64,000 bases of DNA from Callorhinchus milii (lineage: Eukaryota). Below, one piece after another: positions 53,176 through 64,000 of this stretch; the first letter of the stretch is position 1; each line of letters starts with the position of its first letter. The DNA lies in contig NW_024704742.1 of assembly GCF_018977255.1 (NCBI RefSeq), positions 101,310,001 to 101,374,000 on the forward strand, in the 5' to 3' direction. The notes under the pieces are model-generated. The model made no database searches. It had not been told where the DNA came from and saw only the letters and a list, made by a program, of their open reading frames with translations. Made by a program: the position numbers and the translations under genes.

Positions 53176-54572
53176 ATTAAATTCTTTCTTTGTGAAATGT
53201 TTGATGATTTAACCTTTGATGAACACAATCACTTTTTGGATGTTTGCGATCCATAAAGCGAATCTCTTGGAGTACACGATTATTTCCATTTTTGATTGTC
53301 TCTCTCTCTGATCTACTTGGTAACTGCCCTGTGTTCATTGCGGCACAGCAAGCATATGTTTCTCTAAGGGCTGATAGCTTTGAAGAAATAATAACTCTTC
53401 CATTCCTTGCCCTGGAAAAAAAATAACAGTTCAGGCAGGCATTTAACCATTTTAGTTGACAAAATATTAGATTTATTTTACCTAATTTTTGTAATATACT
53501 GCCTACAAAAATTATATGTCAAAGCGTTTAACTGTGGATTTCACAAATCGCCACTCTATGCAGTGAAATCTAATTAACGGCTGTTCTACCCCCCCAGTGT
53601 TCCACCTGAGGGCAGTAATGAGCAAAGCATGAGTTTTGCAACACAGTGTGGACTCTCAGATTTCTAAAATGAGAGAAAAAAATTGGGGTGTGCATTTTGA
53701 TAACGATAATCCCAATGTAGATTTTGTAGAAATTTATCAAAATAGTGACACAGGGAGAAACATAATCTTAAAATTGAAACTAGGACAATTAGGTGTGACA
53801 GCAAAAACAATTCTTCACATAAAGGCCTGTTTGTTAAAATATGATTTGCATTGTCCCAGAAGATTGTGCAGGTAGAATCAGTTGATTGTTTGATTTAAAA
53901 GGGATACAAATGGATAGTTGGGAAGTAAGGGTGTTACTTGCTATGGCAAAAAATGATAAATGCAAAGATTGCCATGATCAGACGTTTTGACGATGTGATA
54001 AGGCATTATACCAAATGCATGGATTATTGTTATCTAATAACCTGGTACAACAGGTTAGACAGGATGAATAGCCTACTCCTGTTCCTATCATCCCAACTGT
54101 AGATTTAATCTGTTAGATAATTGGTAAATTCTTAAAAATATATATCATTTCTATAAAGCAAAAACATGTGGTTGTGAATAGTATTAGCTTTGGTTAAAAA
54201 AATCAAGTGAGTGTGAGAAGAAGATCAAAGAGCAGAACGTTTGCCAGTGGTTGCCCTTTAGGTATTGCATCCATGGTGAACATTGCATTTTATAAGACTA
54301 ACATAAAACAGTATTGAGATGTGTCGCTTTTAGCAAGCAGTCCAAAAGCATGGTAAATTTCCTTCCCTTACTGCCCCTCACTGAAGCACAGGAGCAACTC
54401 TGATGATGTCAGCTATTAGAACTTGCATAGATGGCTGATACTCCATCTATTAGTGGGATGAACTGCATTCCTGAAATGAGATGTTAAACCAAGGTCGTGT
54501 CTGCCTGCAACAAAAACAGAAGTTGTTGGGAACACTCAGCAGGTCAGGCACCATCTATGGAGAAAGGAAAGT

Positions 54573-54611
54573 GAGTCAATGTTTCGGGTCCACGACCCTT
54601 CATTAGAACTC
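54573..54611 (-). ncRNA. Degenerate minimal type I hammerhead ribozyme motif in the Penelope pLTR
   Basis: Minus strand GAGTT-CTAATGA-AGGGTC GTG GACCC-GAAAC-ATT-GACTC. Stem I is GAGUU/GACUC and stem II is GGGUC/GACCC. Core CUGANGA and the GUH triplet each carry one G>A change. Confidence 0.7.
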
Positions 54612-55200
54612 GGGCATGTTGGGAGGGAGAGACTTTTAAGGGCTAACGGAGAGGGGGGGCAGGGCAAGGAAGACAGAAGAGAAAATGGGGTAGAAGACAG
54701 GGGATGATGGGTTAAAGTCTTTGACTGTGTCTGCTCTATTACCCGCACCTCTGCCCTCACCTTCCCCCTCAGAACCATGATAGGGACCCCTAGACCTCAC
54801 CTTCCACCCCACCAGCCTCAACAACCAACAAATAATTCTCCACCATTTCCGGCACCTCCAGCATGATCCAACCACTAAACATAACTTTCCCTCCCCTTCC
54901 TTCTCAGCATTCTGAAGGGACCGTTCCCTCTGTGACTCCTGGTTCATTCCTCCATCACCACCAATAGTTGCTCTCGTCCCCCTAGGACCTTCCCATGCCA
55001 GCGTAATACCTGGTCTTTCACCTCCTAACATAATATTGCCCAGGTCTCAAACACAGATTTCAAATGAGACAGCGATTTACATGTACTACTACCGATGTGG
55101 TTTACTGCATTCGCTGCTCATGATGTGGTCTCTGCATTGGGGAGACGAAACGCAGATTGACTAACCGATTTGCTGAACACCTCCATTCTGTCCGCAAGCA

Positions 55201-55520
55201 GGAGTCCTGTAGCTCAGTGGTTAGAGCACTCGCTTTGCAAGTGAGAGACTTGAGTTCAATTCCCAGCAGAGGGTGAAACCTTGGGCAAGTTTCCTTACGC
55301 CACACGCCTAATAATAATCCCTCCAAAACCAAAAATAATAATAAATTGGTCATTTTCAATCCATGACTGTTTGTGGGACATTGCTGTGCACAATCGGCTG
55401 CCACGTTCGCCCACAAATATACAGTCAATTCACTTTACAATATATTCTGTGAAGCACTTTGGGACGTCCTCCAGACGTGAAAAGCGCTATATCAAATGCA
55501 AGGATTATTATTATTATTAT
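55201..55520 (+). mobile_element. Young full-length tRNA(Ala-like)-headed SINE with Deu-like core and L2-type tail
   Basis: A box TAGCTCAGTGG, B box GTTCAATTCC, (TTA)n tail, 5-bp TSD aagca (55196-55200 and 55521-55525); interrupts the Penelope ORF. Confidence 0.92.
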
Positions 55521-55957
55521 AAGCACAACCCTGAGTTGCCGGTTTCTTCCCACTTCAACTCTGTCTCCCACTCTGACCCCTCCATCTACGGTCTCCTACG
55601 CTGTTCCAATGAGCCACAGTACAAGCTCAAGGAACAGCACCTCATTTATCTGCTGGGGACCTTACAGCCCTCTGGCCTCAATATTGATTTCAACAATTTC
55701 AGAGCATAATAGCTCACCTCTCCCTCTTCTGTGATACACATCATCTGGGTCCCAGACACACCTTTTCTCTCCCTGGTCTGCCTATTTTGTTGAAATCTCC
55801 CCATCCCCTTTGTTTTGCATTATTAACTCCTCTATTCCCCTGTTTTGTTGCAACACCATCAACACCTCTTTAACCCATCATCCCCTGTCCTCTACCCATT
55901 TTCTCCTTTGTCTTCCTTGCCCTGCCTCCCCCCTCTCTATTAGTCCAGAAAAGCCTC

Positions 55958-57034
55958 ATAGGAACATAGGAATTAAGAGCAGGAGTAAATCATTTGGCCC
56001 CTCGAGCCTGCCCCACCATTCAATAAGATCATGGCTAATCTTCTAATTTAACTCCATTTGCCCACTTTATCCCCATATTCCTTAATCTCTCTATGCTTTA
56101 GAAATGTATCAAGCTCAGTCTTGAATATGTTCAAGGACTGAGCATCCACAGCCTTCTAGGGTAGAGAATTCCACAAATTCACTACCCTCTGAGTGAAGAA
56201 GTGTTTCCTCAATTCTGTTCGAAAGGGTGTCCCTTGATCTTAAGACTGTGACCCGTAGTTCTAGATTCTCCTACCAGAGGAAAAAGTCTCACACTGTCTA
56301 CTCTGTCAAGCCCCATAAGAATCTATTTTTATAAGATCACCCCTTATTCTTCTATATTCTAGCGAATATAGGCCTAGTTTACTCAACCTATCCTCATAGT
56401 CAACCCCTTCATCCCAGGAACTAACCTAGAGAATCTACGCTGCACCCCCTCTAAAGCAAGTATGTCCTTTTTTAAATAAAGAGACCAAAATGGCACACAA
56501 TATTCTATGTGGAGTCCTGTAGCTCAGTGGTTAGAGCACTCGCTTTGCAAGCGAGACACCTGGGTTCAATTCCAGGCAGGGTGAAACCTTAGGCAAGTTT
56601 CCTTACTCCACACACCTAATAATAATCCCTCCAAAAGAATAATAAATGGGTAATTTTCAATCCACGACTGTTTTTGGGACACTGCTGTGCGCGATTGGCT
56701 GCCACGTTTCGCCCACAAATATACAGTCAATTCACTTTACATTATATTCTGTGAAGCACTTTTAGATGTCCAGAAAATGTGAAAAGCGCTATATCAAATG
56801 CAAGGATTATTATTATTATTAGGTGCGGTCTCACCTAGGCCCTATACAGTTGCAGCAAGACTTCCCTACTCTTGTATTCTAACCCTTTGCAATAAACGCC
56901 AACATGCCATTAGCTTTCCTAGTTGCTTGCTGTACCTGCATACAAACTTTTTGTGACTGGTGTACAAGGACACCCAAATCCCTCTGAACACTAGCACTAT
57001 CTAGTCTCTCCCTTTTTAGAAAACAATGTGCTTT
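55958..57034 (-). mobile_element. CR1 LINE 3' fragment inserted in the Penelope pLTR
   Basis: CATAGGAA-type terminal microsatellite at 55958; CR1 ORF2 C-terminal sequence; the pLTR resumes at about 57035. Confidence 0.85.
56511..56820 (+). mobile_element. Young full-length tRNA SINE inserted in CR1
   Basis: Near-identical to 55201-55520; CR1 sequence tattcta..ggtgcggtctcacc is split around it. Confidence 0.92.
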
Positions 57035-57055
57035 TCTCTCCCTCCCAACATGCCC

Positions 57056-57094
57056 CAGTTCCGACGAAGGGTCATGGACTCAAAGCGTTGACTC
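57056..57094 (+). ncRNA. Second degenerate hammerhead motif (3' pLTR)
   Basis: CAGTT-CCGACGA-AGGGTC ATG GACTC-AAAGC-GTT-GACTC; core is mutated. Confidence 0.6.
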
Positions 57095-58504
57095 ACTTTC
57101 CTTTCTCCATAGATGCTGCCTGGCCTGCTGAGTAGTTCCCAGCGACTTCTGTTTTTGTTTCAGATTTTCAGCATCTGCAGTATTTTGCATTTGGTCATGT
57201 CTGCCTGTTCAGGTGGATTTAAACAAACCCCACATTCGAAAAAAATATATTCATGGCACTTTAATAATAATAATCCTTGCATTTGATATAGCGCTTTTCA
57301 CGTCGGGAGGACGTCCCAAAGCGCTTCACAGAATATACTGTAAAGTGAATTGACTGTATATTTGTGGGCGAACTTTGTGAGACATTGGTGTGTGCAAATG
57401 GGTTGTCTACCTAAATCTGTGACGTGTTTTGAGACACTATACCGAATTATTATCATGAGTGTGTTGGAAAGGACACAGAAGGCAAAAAAGATAACTTGTG
57501 AACTGTGCTTTAATGGCAACTGAAAGGAATGAATGCATGCACAATTGGTTGTTGCATTTCGCCCACAAATATACAGTCAATTCACTTTACAGGATATTCT
57601 GTGAAGCGGTTAGAGACATCTAGAAGATGTAAAAAGTATTTTATCAAATGCAAGGATTATTATTACTATTATTATAATCTTCTTTAGAAAATTGAGCAAA
57701 CATAGAATTTTGTTTTAAAAGCAATAAGACCAGTGGATAAAAGTATAAACTGGTCCTTTTTTAAGTTCCTGAGTAAGCAGAGATGTTTCCTCGGTTTCAA
57801 ACTTAAGAATGCAAAAACCTGACTTCCAAATTGAGACTGAATGCAGAAATTGGATTGCATTGGAATAGGGAGGGTTGCCCCACTGCATGGAGGAGTGGGC
57901 AACTGGTATGGCTCTTCAGCTGTTCCCATTCATTTCCATTCAAGATAAGGTCTCCCTTCTCGCCTATTCTAGAGAGGTGCTTAACGGAAGCCAGGAGCTC
58001 TCACATAATCAAGAAGGCAAAGCTAAAGGGATTCTTCACATTTATTTCTGATCCTGGTTACTGACTCCAGCACTCGAAGCCTCAAGAACCTCAACATTTT
58101 GTTCATCCCTCAACCCTTCTGACGATATTTGCTTTCTTCCATCTCCACAACATTGCCCGCCTCCATCACTATTTCACCCCTATCGCAACCGAGCCACTAA
58201 GCCACATGTTTTGTCACCTCCAGAATCAACATTTCTAATGAAGTGCTTTGAGGCACAATGCCAAATGCAAGGATTATTATTAGTGTATTGGAAAGGGCAC
58301 AGAAGGCAAAAAAGATAACCTGTGAACTGTGCTTTAACGGCAACTAAAAGTAGTGAATGTATGTACAATTGGCTGCCGCGTTTTGCCCACAAATATGACT
58401 CACTGACTTCCTTAGCTCACTGACACAGCATAAACTCCAGAGCATCCAGAACTCCACAGCCCATGGTCTCTTCCTCATTAGATTCTGCAAGATCACCAAC
58501 TCCA

Positions 58505-58735
58505 TCTTCACCCAAAGGGTAGTGGAAATCTGGAATTCTCTCCCCAAAAGGCTGTAGATGCTGGGTCCATTCAAATTTTCAAGACTGAGATGGATAGATT
58601 TTTTTTTAGGTAAGAATATCAAGGGATATGAGGCAAAGGTGGGTAATTGGAGGTACATAGAAGCCATGATCCAGTAGAATGGTGGAACAGGCTCGAAGGG
58701 GTGAAAGGCCTACTCCTATTCCTATGTTCTTCTAA
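58505..58735 (+). mobile_element. CR1 3' end within an L2 remnant
   Basis: FTQRVVEIWNSLPKR-like translation; cctactcctattcctatgttc tail. Confidence 0.85.
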
Positions 58736-58824
58736 AGATCTATCTCCTTATCCAGCCTTCCCCTCCCTAGCTCCTTCCCAGCTTTGATTCCCACTCAATC
58801 TTTGAGACATTACCCGATGTGAAA

Positions 58825-59175
58825 GTGTGTAGCTTATCGGTTAGAACACTCACCTCGCAAGTGAGAGGACCGGGATTTGATTCCCAGGCAGAGCAAAACC
58901 TTAGGTAAGTTTCTGTACTCACACGCTGTAAGTAGGAACCTGGTTGTTAATCGATTGGCAGATTGCTTTCCAGGGGGTACTAATCCCTTCAAACAATTAA
59001 TAATAATTTGGTCACTTAATCTACGACTCTTTGTGGTTAACTGCTGTGCACAATTGGCTGCCGCGTTTTGCCACAAAATATACAGTCAATTCACGTTACA
59101 GTATATTCTGTGAAGCACTTTGAGACGTCTCAATAATGTGATAAGGCGCTATAGCAAATGCAAGTATTATTATTA
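58825..59175 (+). mobile_element. tRNA SINE, variant with a longer middle region
   Basis: gtagcttatcggttagaacactc...ccaggcagagcaaaaccttagg head with the shared Deu/L2 tail. Confidence 0.8.
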
Positions 59176-60904
59176 AAGGTATTGTATAAATGTAAATTGT
59201 CATGGTTATCCTTCTGTCCTTTCTCCACTGGTACTGTTTGAGATTAACATATAGTGTGGTTCGATCTGGAATGCTAAACAGTACACTTTTCAACAAGATA
59301 TAAAAAATACACAGTGGGACGAGGAGATACTTTGAATGGAATATTGTATCCTGCACAAAGAAAATTAAAGTCCTATTGTGATTTTGTCAAAACATCTCAA
59401 AGCATTTCCCATAATGAGTTGCTGCTGGCATGTAGATAACTAATCTACCTGTAATATTCCCATAAAAGCAATGAGGTAAATGACCAATTAGCTTTTTTCT
59501 TGAATATTGATGAATGAGCAATTTTAGCAAAGAGCAACAACAGAAACCTGCAATGCCTATCACTTTATACCAAAATATTTGTAATACTCAATTGAAGATT
59601 TATTCAGTCTTTCACAAGAAGCAATTGCAGCTAATAATAATAGTGCCTGCCACACAGTTATTGCAATTCTACTGTTACTGTATTGTAATTCTAACAGTAA
59701 GTATTCATAACCTTTGGCAGCACATTTTTGCTGCATATAAATAATATTGAAATAAAATATACCTTTTTAAGGCATGTCTCAAAATGTATTTCTTTAATTA
59801 CATTTTCAGTCATCTTTCCATTCAGCCCCTATTGGCTGCCGCATTTCACCCACAAAATATACAGTCAATTCACTTTCCAATGTATTCTGTGAAGCGCTGA
59901 TCTACTGAATTGCAATTTGAAACTCATTTCAGCGCCTTGGGACGTCCTCCCAATGTGAAAGGCGCTATGCAAATGTAATTTTGTTGTTGTTCATATCTGA
60001 CTTCCTTGACCATGCAAAGTTCTAGAAGGTCAGTCATGACACATCTAGGGTTTACTAGTTATAAATCCTTTCACAAATCCCACACTCTAGATCCTTCCAT
60101 TTCCCCCACTGTACTCGTACTTAACCAGTATAACATAATGAGTCACATTCCTTCATCCATCAAGATGATAACTAGCAGAGCACCCCTTGGGAAGTCTCAG
60201 AGTTCTGCAAAGCTTTTTCTGTATTGTCCCATACTGTGATAATTCTTGCATTTGATATAGCGCCTTATCACGTCTCCAAGACATCTCAAAGCACTTCACA
60301 GAATATACTGTAAAGTAAATTGACTGTATATTTTGTGGCCAAAAAACAGCAGCCAATTGCGAACAGATAAGAAGGGGGATGCAGCTTTACAAGAGCCAAA
60401 TCCTATACTGATGTAAATGGACAGTTCATTCTGAGGACACGGCAATTAATATGTAATAACATTTGCTTCATGGTATACGGAATAACATCTTGTTCCAATT
60501 ATTCCTTACGTACATTACATACATTATACCTTATCATACATTTTGGTATCATGCAGCAACATGCATATGAATCATACAACAGCATTCGAGTATGCTATTG
60601 TGTAGAGCTTAAATGTGCTTTTGTGGCCAGAATGCAGCACTTTATGCTTTAGTGAGGACCAACCTACTTGTTAGGGCTTGCTATGCAGGGCTGTGAAAAA
60701 CATGTTATTGCATATATAATCTATTCCATGCATTTAATGTGCTGTGGAATTTCACCCTGAAGAGCTTTGTCATAAATATCAGGGAACATTAGGGGCATGG
60801 GATTGATCAACAGCAGCATTTCAAGGTAAAATCAGATACTCTTGTGTTAATAAAAGCAGCTCTGGCTGAAAATAGAGCCTCATTTAACCTTTTTTATTAG
60901 TAAA

Positions 60905-61200
60905 AAGTAAATAATATAATAATCTTTGTATTTTATATTGTGTCTTATTGGGTCATCGAGATGCCTCAAAGGATTTTACTTTAAAGTGCAGTGACTGTAT
61001 TTTGTGGGCAAACATGGCAGACACACATCAATTTACACACAAACAGCCATGGAGTGAATGATCAATTTTATCTGGGGAGTTGTTGGCCAGGATGTTGGAA
61101 GACATTCTCTTCTATTTTTAAATAGTGCCATGGGATCTCCGGAACAGACAGACTGGACTTTGGTTTAATGGCTCATCCAAAGAATAGCACCTCTGATTGA
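60905..61200 (-). mobile_element. DeuSINE-like element
   Basis: Reverse Deu core gttggccaggat...gtgccatgggatct. Confidence 0.7.
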
Positions 61201-64000
61201 GACGTCACACTAGATAATCAGGATCAAAGGCCTGATTTTCCTGCCTTTCTCTTGCACTCTCTTAAAGCCCATGCTTGATGTCACCAAGCCATGATTAATT
61301 AATTCAAACTGTTCTTCCTTCTCACTCTATTCAACCTTGGTGCCATACTGTGCTATGGATAAGGAGCGTTAAAAGTTGCTTTTAATCCACAAAATGTTGT
61401 TGGGGGAGGCTGAGATCTTTTTTTCTTCCAAAAAGGTGGGAGAAAATTGTGTGTGGGGAGCGGGAGAAATTGAATTTAAAAAGGGTAAATTTTGATGAAA
61501 ACTGGGATTTATTTTGGAATATCTAAATCCCCAAACTCATCTCTCTGCAATCCCACTGAAAGGTCGGTTCCAGCAATCTGACTTTTTCCAATCGACTTTC
61601 ACTGGAAAAAAAGTGGATATTAATGAAAATGCATATAATGGCTTTAATGATGTTTAACTATGGAGCATGGCCTTTTAGCTAAGTTTTTCAATAAAAACAA
61701 AGTATACCTTCAGTGACTTTAGCATTGAGGCAGCAAAGTCTTAAAACTGCTCCCACCAACTACTTCAAAACTATATATTTTTACAGGGTTTTCCAACTGA
61801 GGTGATTAATTTTTATCGCTATGGTTATAGTGAAGTCTGGAACCTCTTACATCAAGTCAGGCACTTTATAACAGGAAGCTAAAAAAAATGTAAGAATGAG
61901 AAGCATCTGTTCAAAGGCACATAGTGAATCTTAGCCATTAGTTAATCACCGATTCCTGGCTCCTGGACTTAAAAAGGTATAAAAAGTTAACAAAAGTCTA
62001 CAACCCTTTTGTTAACTTTTATACATTTTTAAAAAATTGCTTTTAATTTATTTGGGGGGGATTTTCCTCCTTAGTAAAAATGTCCATGCAAATAAGTGAA
62101 ATCACTCTTCTGTTTTGGTCCTCCAAGTGTTTGATATTTGTGGAAACCCATCACCCTGCTTAAGAGTATCCAACCAGAATGACATTTGCAGGCAACTTGC
62201 AATGGAGCTTTCCTTGTGTCTGGAATGGAATGAGCACTCCCCACCTTATCTGGTGTGTTTTCGTTATGTCATGTCGTATCCTCAATAGGTGGCATCAACT
62301 TCTACGTTCAGAAATCATCAACAGAAATACCTTGATTTTAACCTTGTCCCCGGAAAACATATAATTCTTATATTTTCAACATAAAGGTACAAACATCTGA
62401 ATGGAATTATTCTAGTAGTCACTGCACCTGTGCTGGGCATAACATATACCAAATCTGCTGGTATCATATAAGAGGAGGCTGGGTGAAAGACACTCTGTCC
62501 ATTTTATCTCATCTTTCCAGAACAACTAACTTCCTAGTACAGTGTCAGGCTGCTTCTTAAATGAGTCCAGTGACCTGGCCTCCACTACCCTTCCTGGTAA
62601 CCTATGGTTTCTAAATCCTTTGTAGATTTTTGAGCCATTTTAACTCACACATACATTGGAAACTCACTAATAAATTTAGCAAACAGACTGAACAAGTTTG
62701 ACTACTGGGAGTTGGCATCCCTTGTCAGACATGACTTAAAGAAATTCAGAACATCACAAATTACCAAGTATCCAGTATTTGATCATTGCCCTCAATCCCA
62801 TATGTCCTGGGCATCAGTGCCGGAGAAGCTATCCAAAATAACAAAGCAGTTTGCAGTTATATAGCACCTTTCACTTAGCACATCTTAAAATTCTTTACAG
62901 TGACTTTTCAATATTTCAATATTCAATATTTGTTCTTTACCAGCATGCCTATATGTCAGTGGATTAGCACTTAGGAAGCCATTGAAAAGAACACAAGTTG
63001 TTATTATAATAATTATTACATTTGACATAGTGTCTTTCATGTCAGGGGCACGTTTCATTTTACACATATTTAGTGTCTTTGGGGCATGATTTGATATTAA
63101 ATTGTTGAACATGTGTCAAAAATCATCAAATTCAAGCCAAGGAAAATAAATTGGCAGTTTCAAAATAGACTGGGTCATTCTTTTCTCTTGTTATTGAAGG
63201 AGGCAATTCTGGGACCTCAGCCAATGAAATTTGTCAATAGAGTTGTGCAATCCTAAAATGCTTTATCCAATGCTGTTTGTCATTTTGATCACGTGATATA
63301 AAGGCCAATTTACCAACTTGGATGTCCACTTAAATAAGTTACAATATATTAGAAATATGATACAATAATAATATAATTCTTGCGTTTCATATAACGCTTT
63401 ATCATGTCATCAATCAGTCTCAAAGTGCTTCACGGGATATTCTGTAAAGTATCGTGTAGATAAACACAACAGCCAATTTGCGCTCAGCAAAATCCCACAA
63501 ACAGCAATGAAGTGAATGATTGATTTTTATCTGGTATTATAATATGCCAAAAAAACTGGAAGAAACTGCCCACATTACTAGGATGGAAGTTGATCACGTT
63601 AGTGAAGGTGACCTTAAGGTAAGTTTCCACTGTATTGTAATAAATGTTACAAACAATGAAATGATAAATTGTGATTATCTTTCTTTTAACATCTATGATT
63701 AGCTAGGATCCTTTGGTTGGCTATTTTTCCTGTATTTTATTCCCTGTAGTTTAGAATAATCAGTTATCCCTTTAGCCTGTAATCTAGGAAATTGAGCCAA
63801 ATTAGAGCATTGATCAATGTAATCCATACAAACCAAATTCAATCTTTAAGCATTCCCAAGTACCTTTTTCAATTACTGTCTATTTCATTCATTTTAGTTC
63901 CTATGTAACTACACAGTTCATCAATTTTGTTAGGTAGAACTGGATCAATCAGCTGCAGTGTGTTTTCAGCATACTGAAACTACTGATGGTAACATGCAAA

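Larger units (their letters stand above)
54508..57192 (+). mobile_element. 5'-truncated Penelope-like element with GIY-YIG endonuclease remnant, 3' pLTR and inverted 5' pLTR copy; carries SINE and CR1 insertions
   Basis: Decayed frame VVYCIRCS*CGL-CIGETKRRLTNRFAEHL...HFN...LKEQHLIYLLGTLQPSGLNIDF (about 55095-55709). 54508-54718 is the reverse complement of 55868-55957 plus 57035-57160. 15-bp TSD ggtc(g/a)tgtctgcctg at 54493-54507 and 57193-57207. Confidence 0.9.

Noticed and set aside
55201..55275. tRNA-Ala(TGC) gene (also 56511, 7970-8045 and 7645)
   Set aside because: No proper acceptor stem or terminator; continues into a SINE body and tail, with a TSD at the 55201 copy.

Overview
Repeat-rich vertebrate genomic DNA. 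The repeat families (DeuSINE/SacSINE1-like tRNA SINEs, L2 and CR1 LINEs, Penelope) point to a cartilaginous fish, possibly a chimaera; this is inference. The only host coding sequence I can support is the first coding exon of PRR16 (Largen) on the minus strand (48174-48049, MSGKPKESAACKAKVKQQIKTIVEDLELVLGDLKDVAKELKE, followed by a GTAAGG donor). It sits in a CpG-retaining, microsatellite- and G-tract-rich promoter region. Positions 1-48048 are therefore read as part of a very large first intron (exon 2 is not seen), and about 49-64 kb as upstream DNA. Nearly all other ORFs in the track are decayed retroelements or chance ORFs. The most notable structures are: a four-level nested retroelement stack built around a Penelope-like element with an inverted pLTR and hammerhead-ribozyme motifs (54.5-57.2 kb); a 91-bp solo hammerhead/pLTR insertion with an 11-bp TSD; an in-frame uORF spanning a trinucleotide repeat just upstream of PRR16; a candidate non-autonomous Helitron; several hairpin/MITE-like elements; and a candidate CTCF site. 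I cannot demonstrate a wholly new biological system. Element boundaries without TSDs are approximate, and family names come from recalled consensus sequences, not from database searches.
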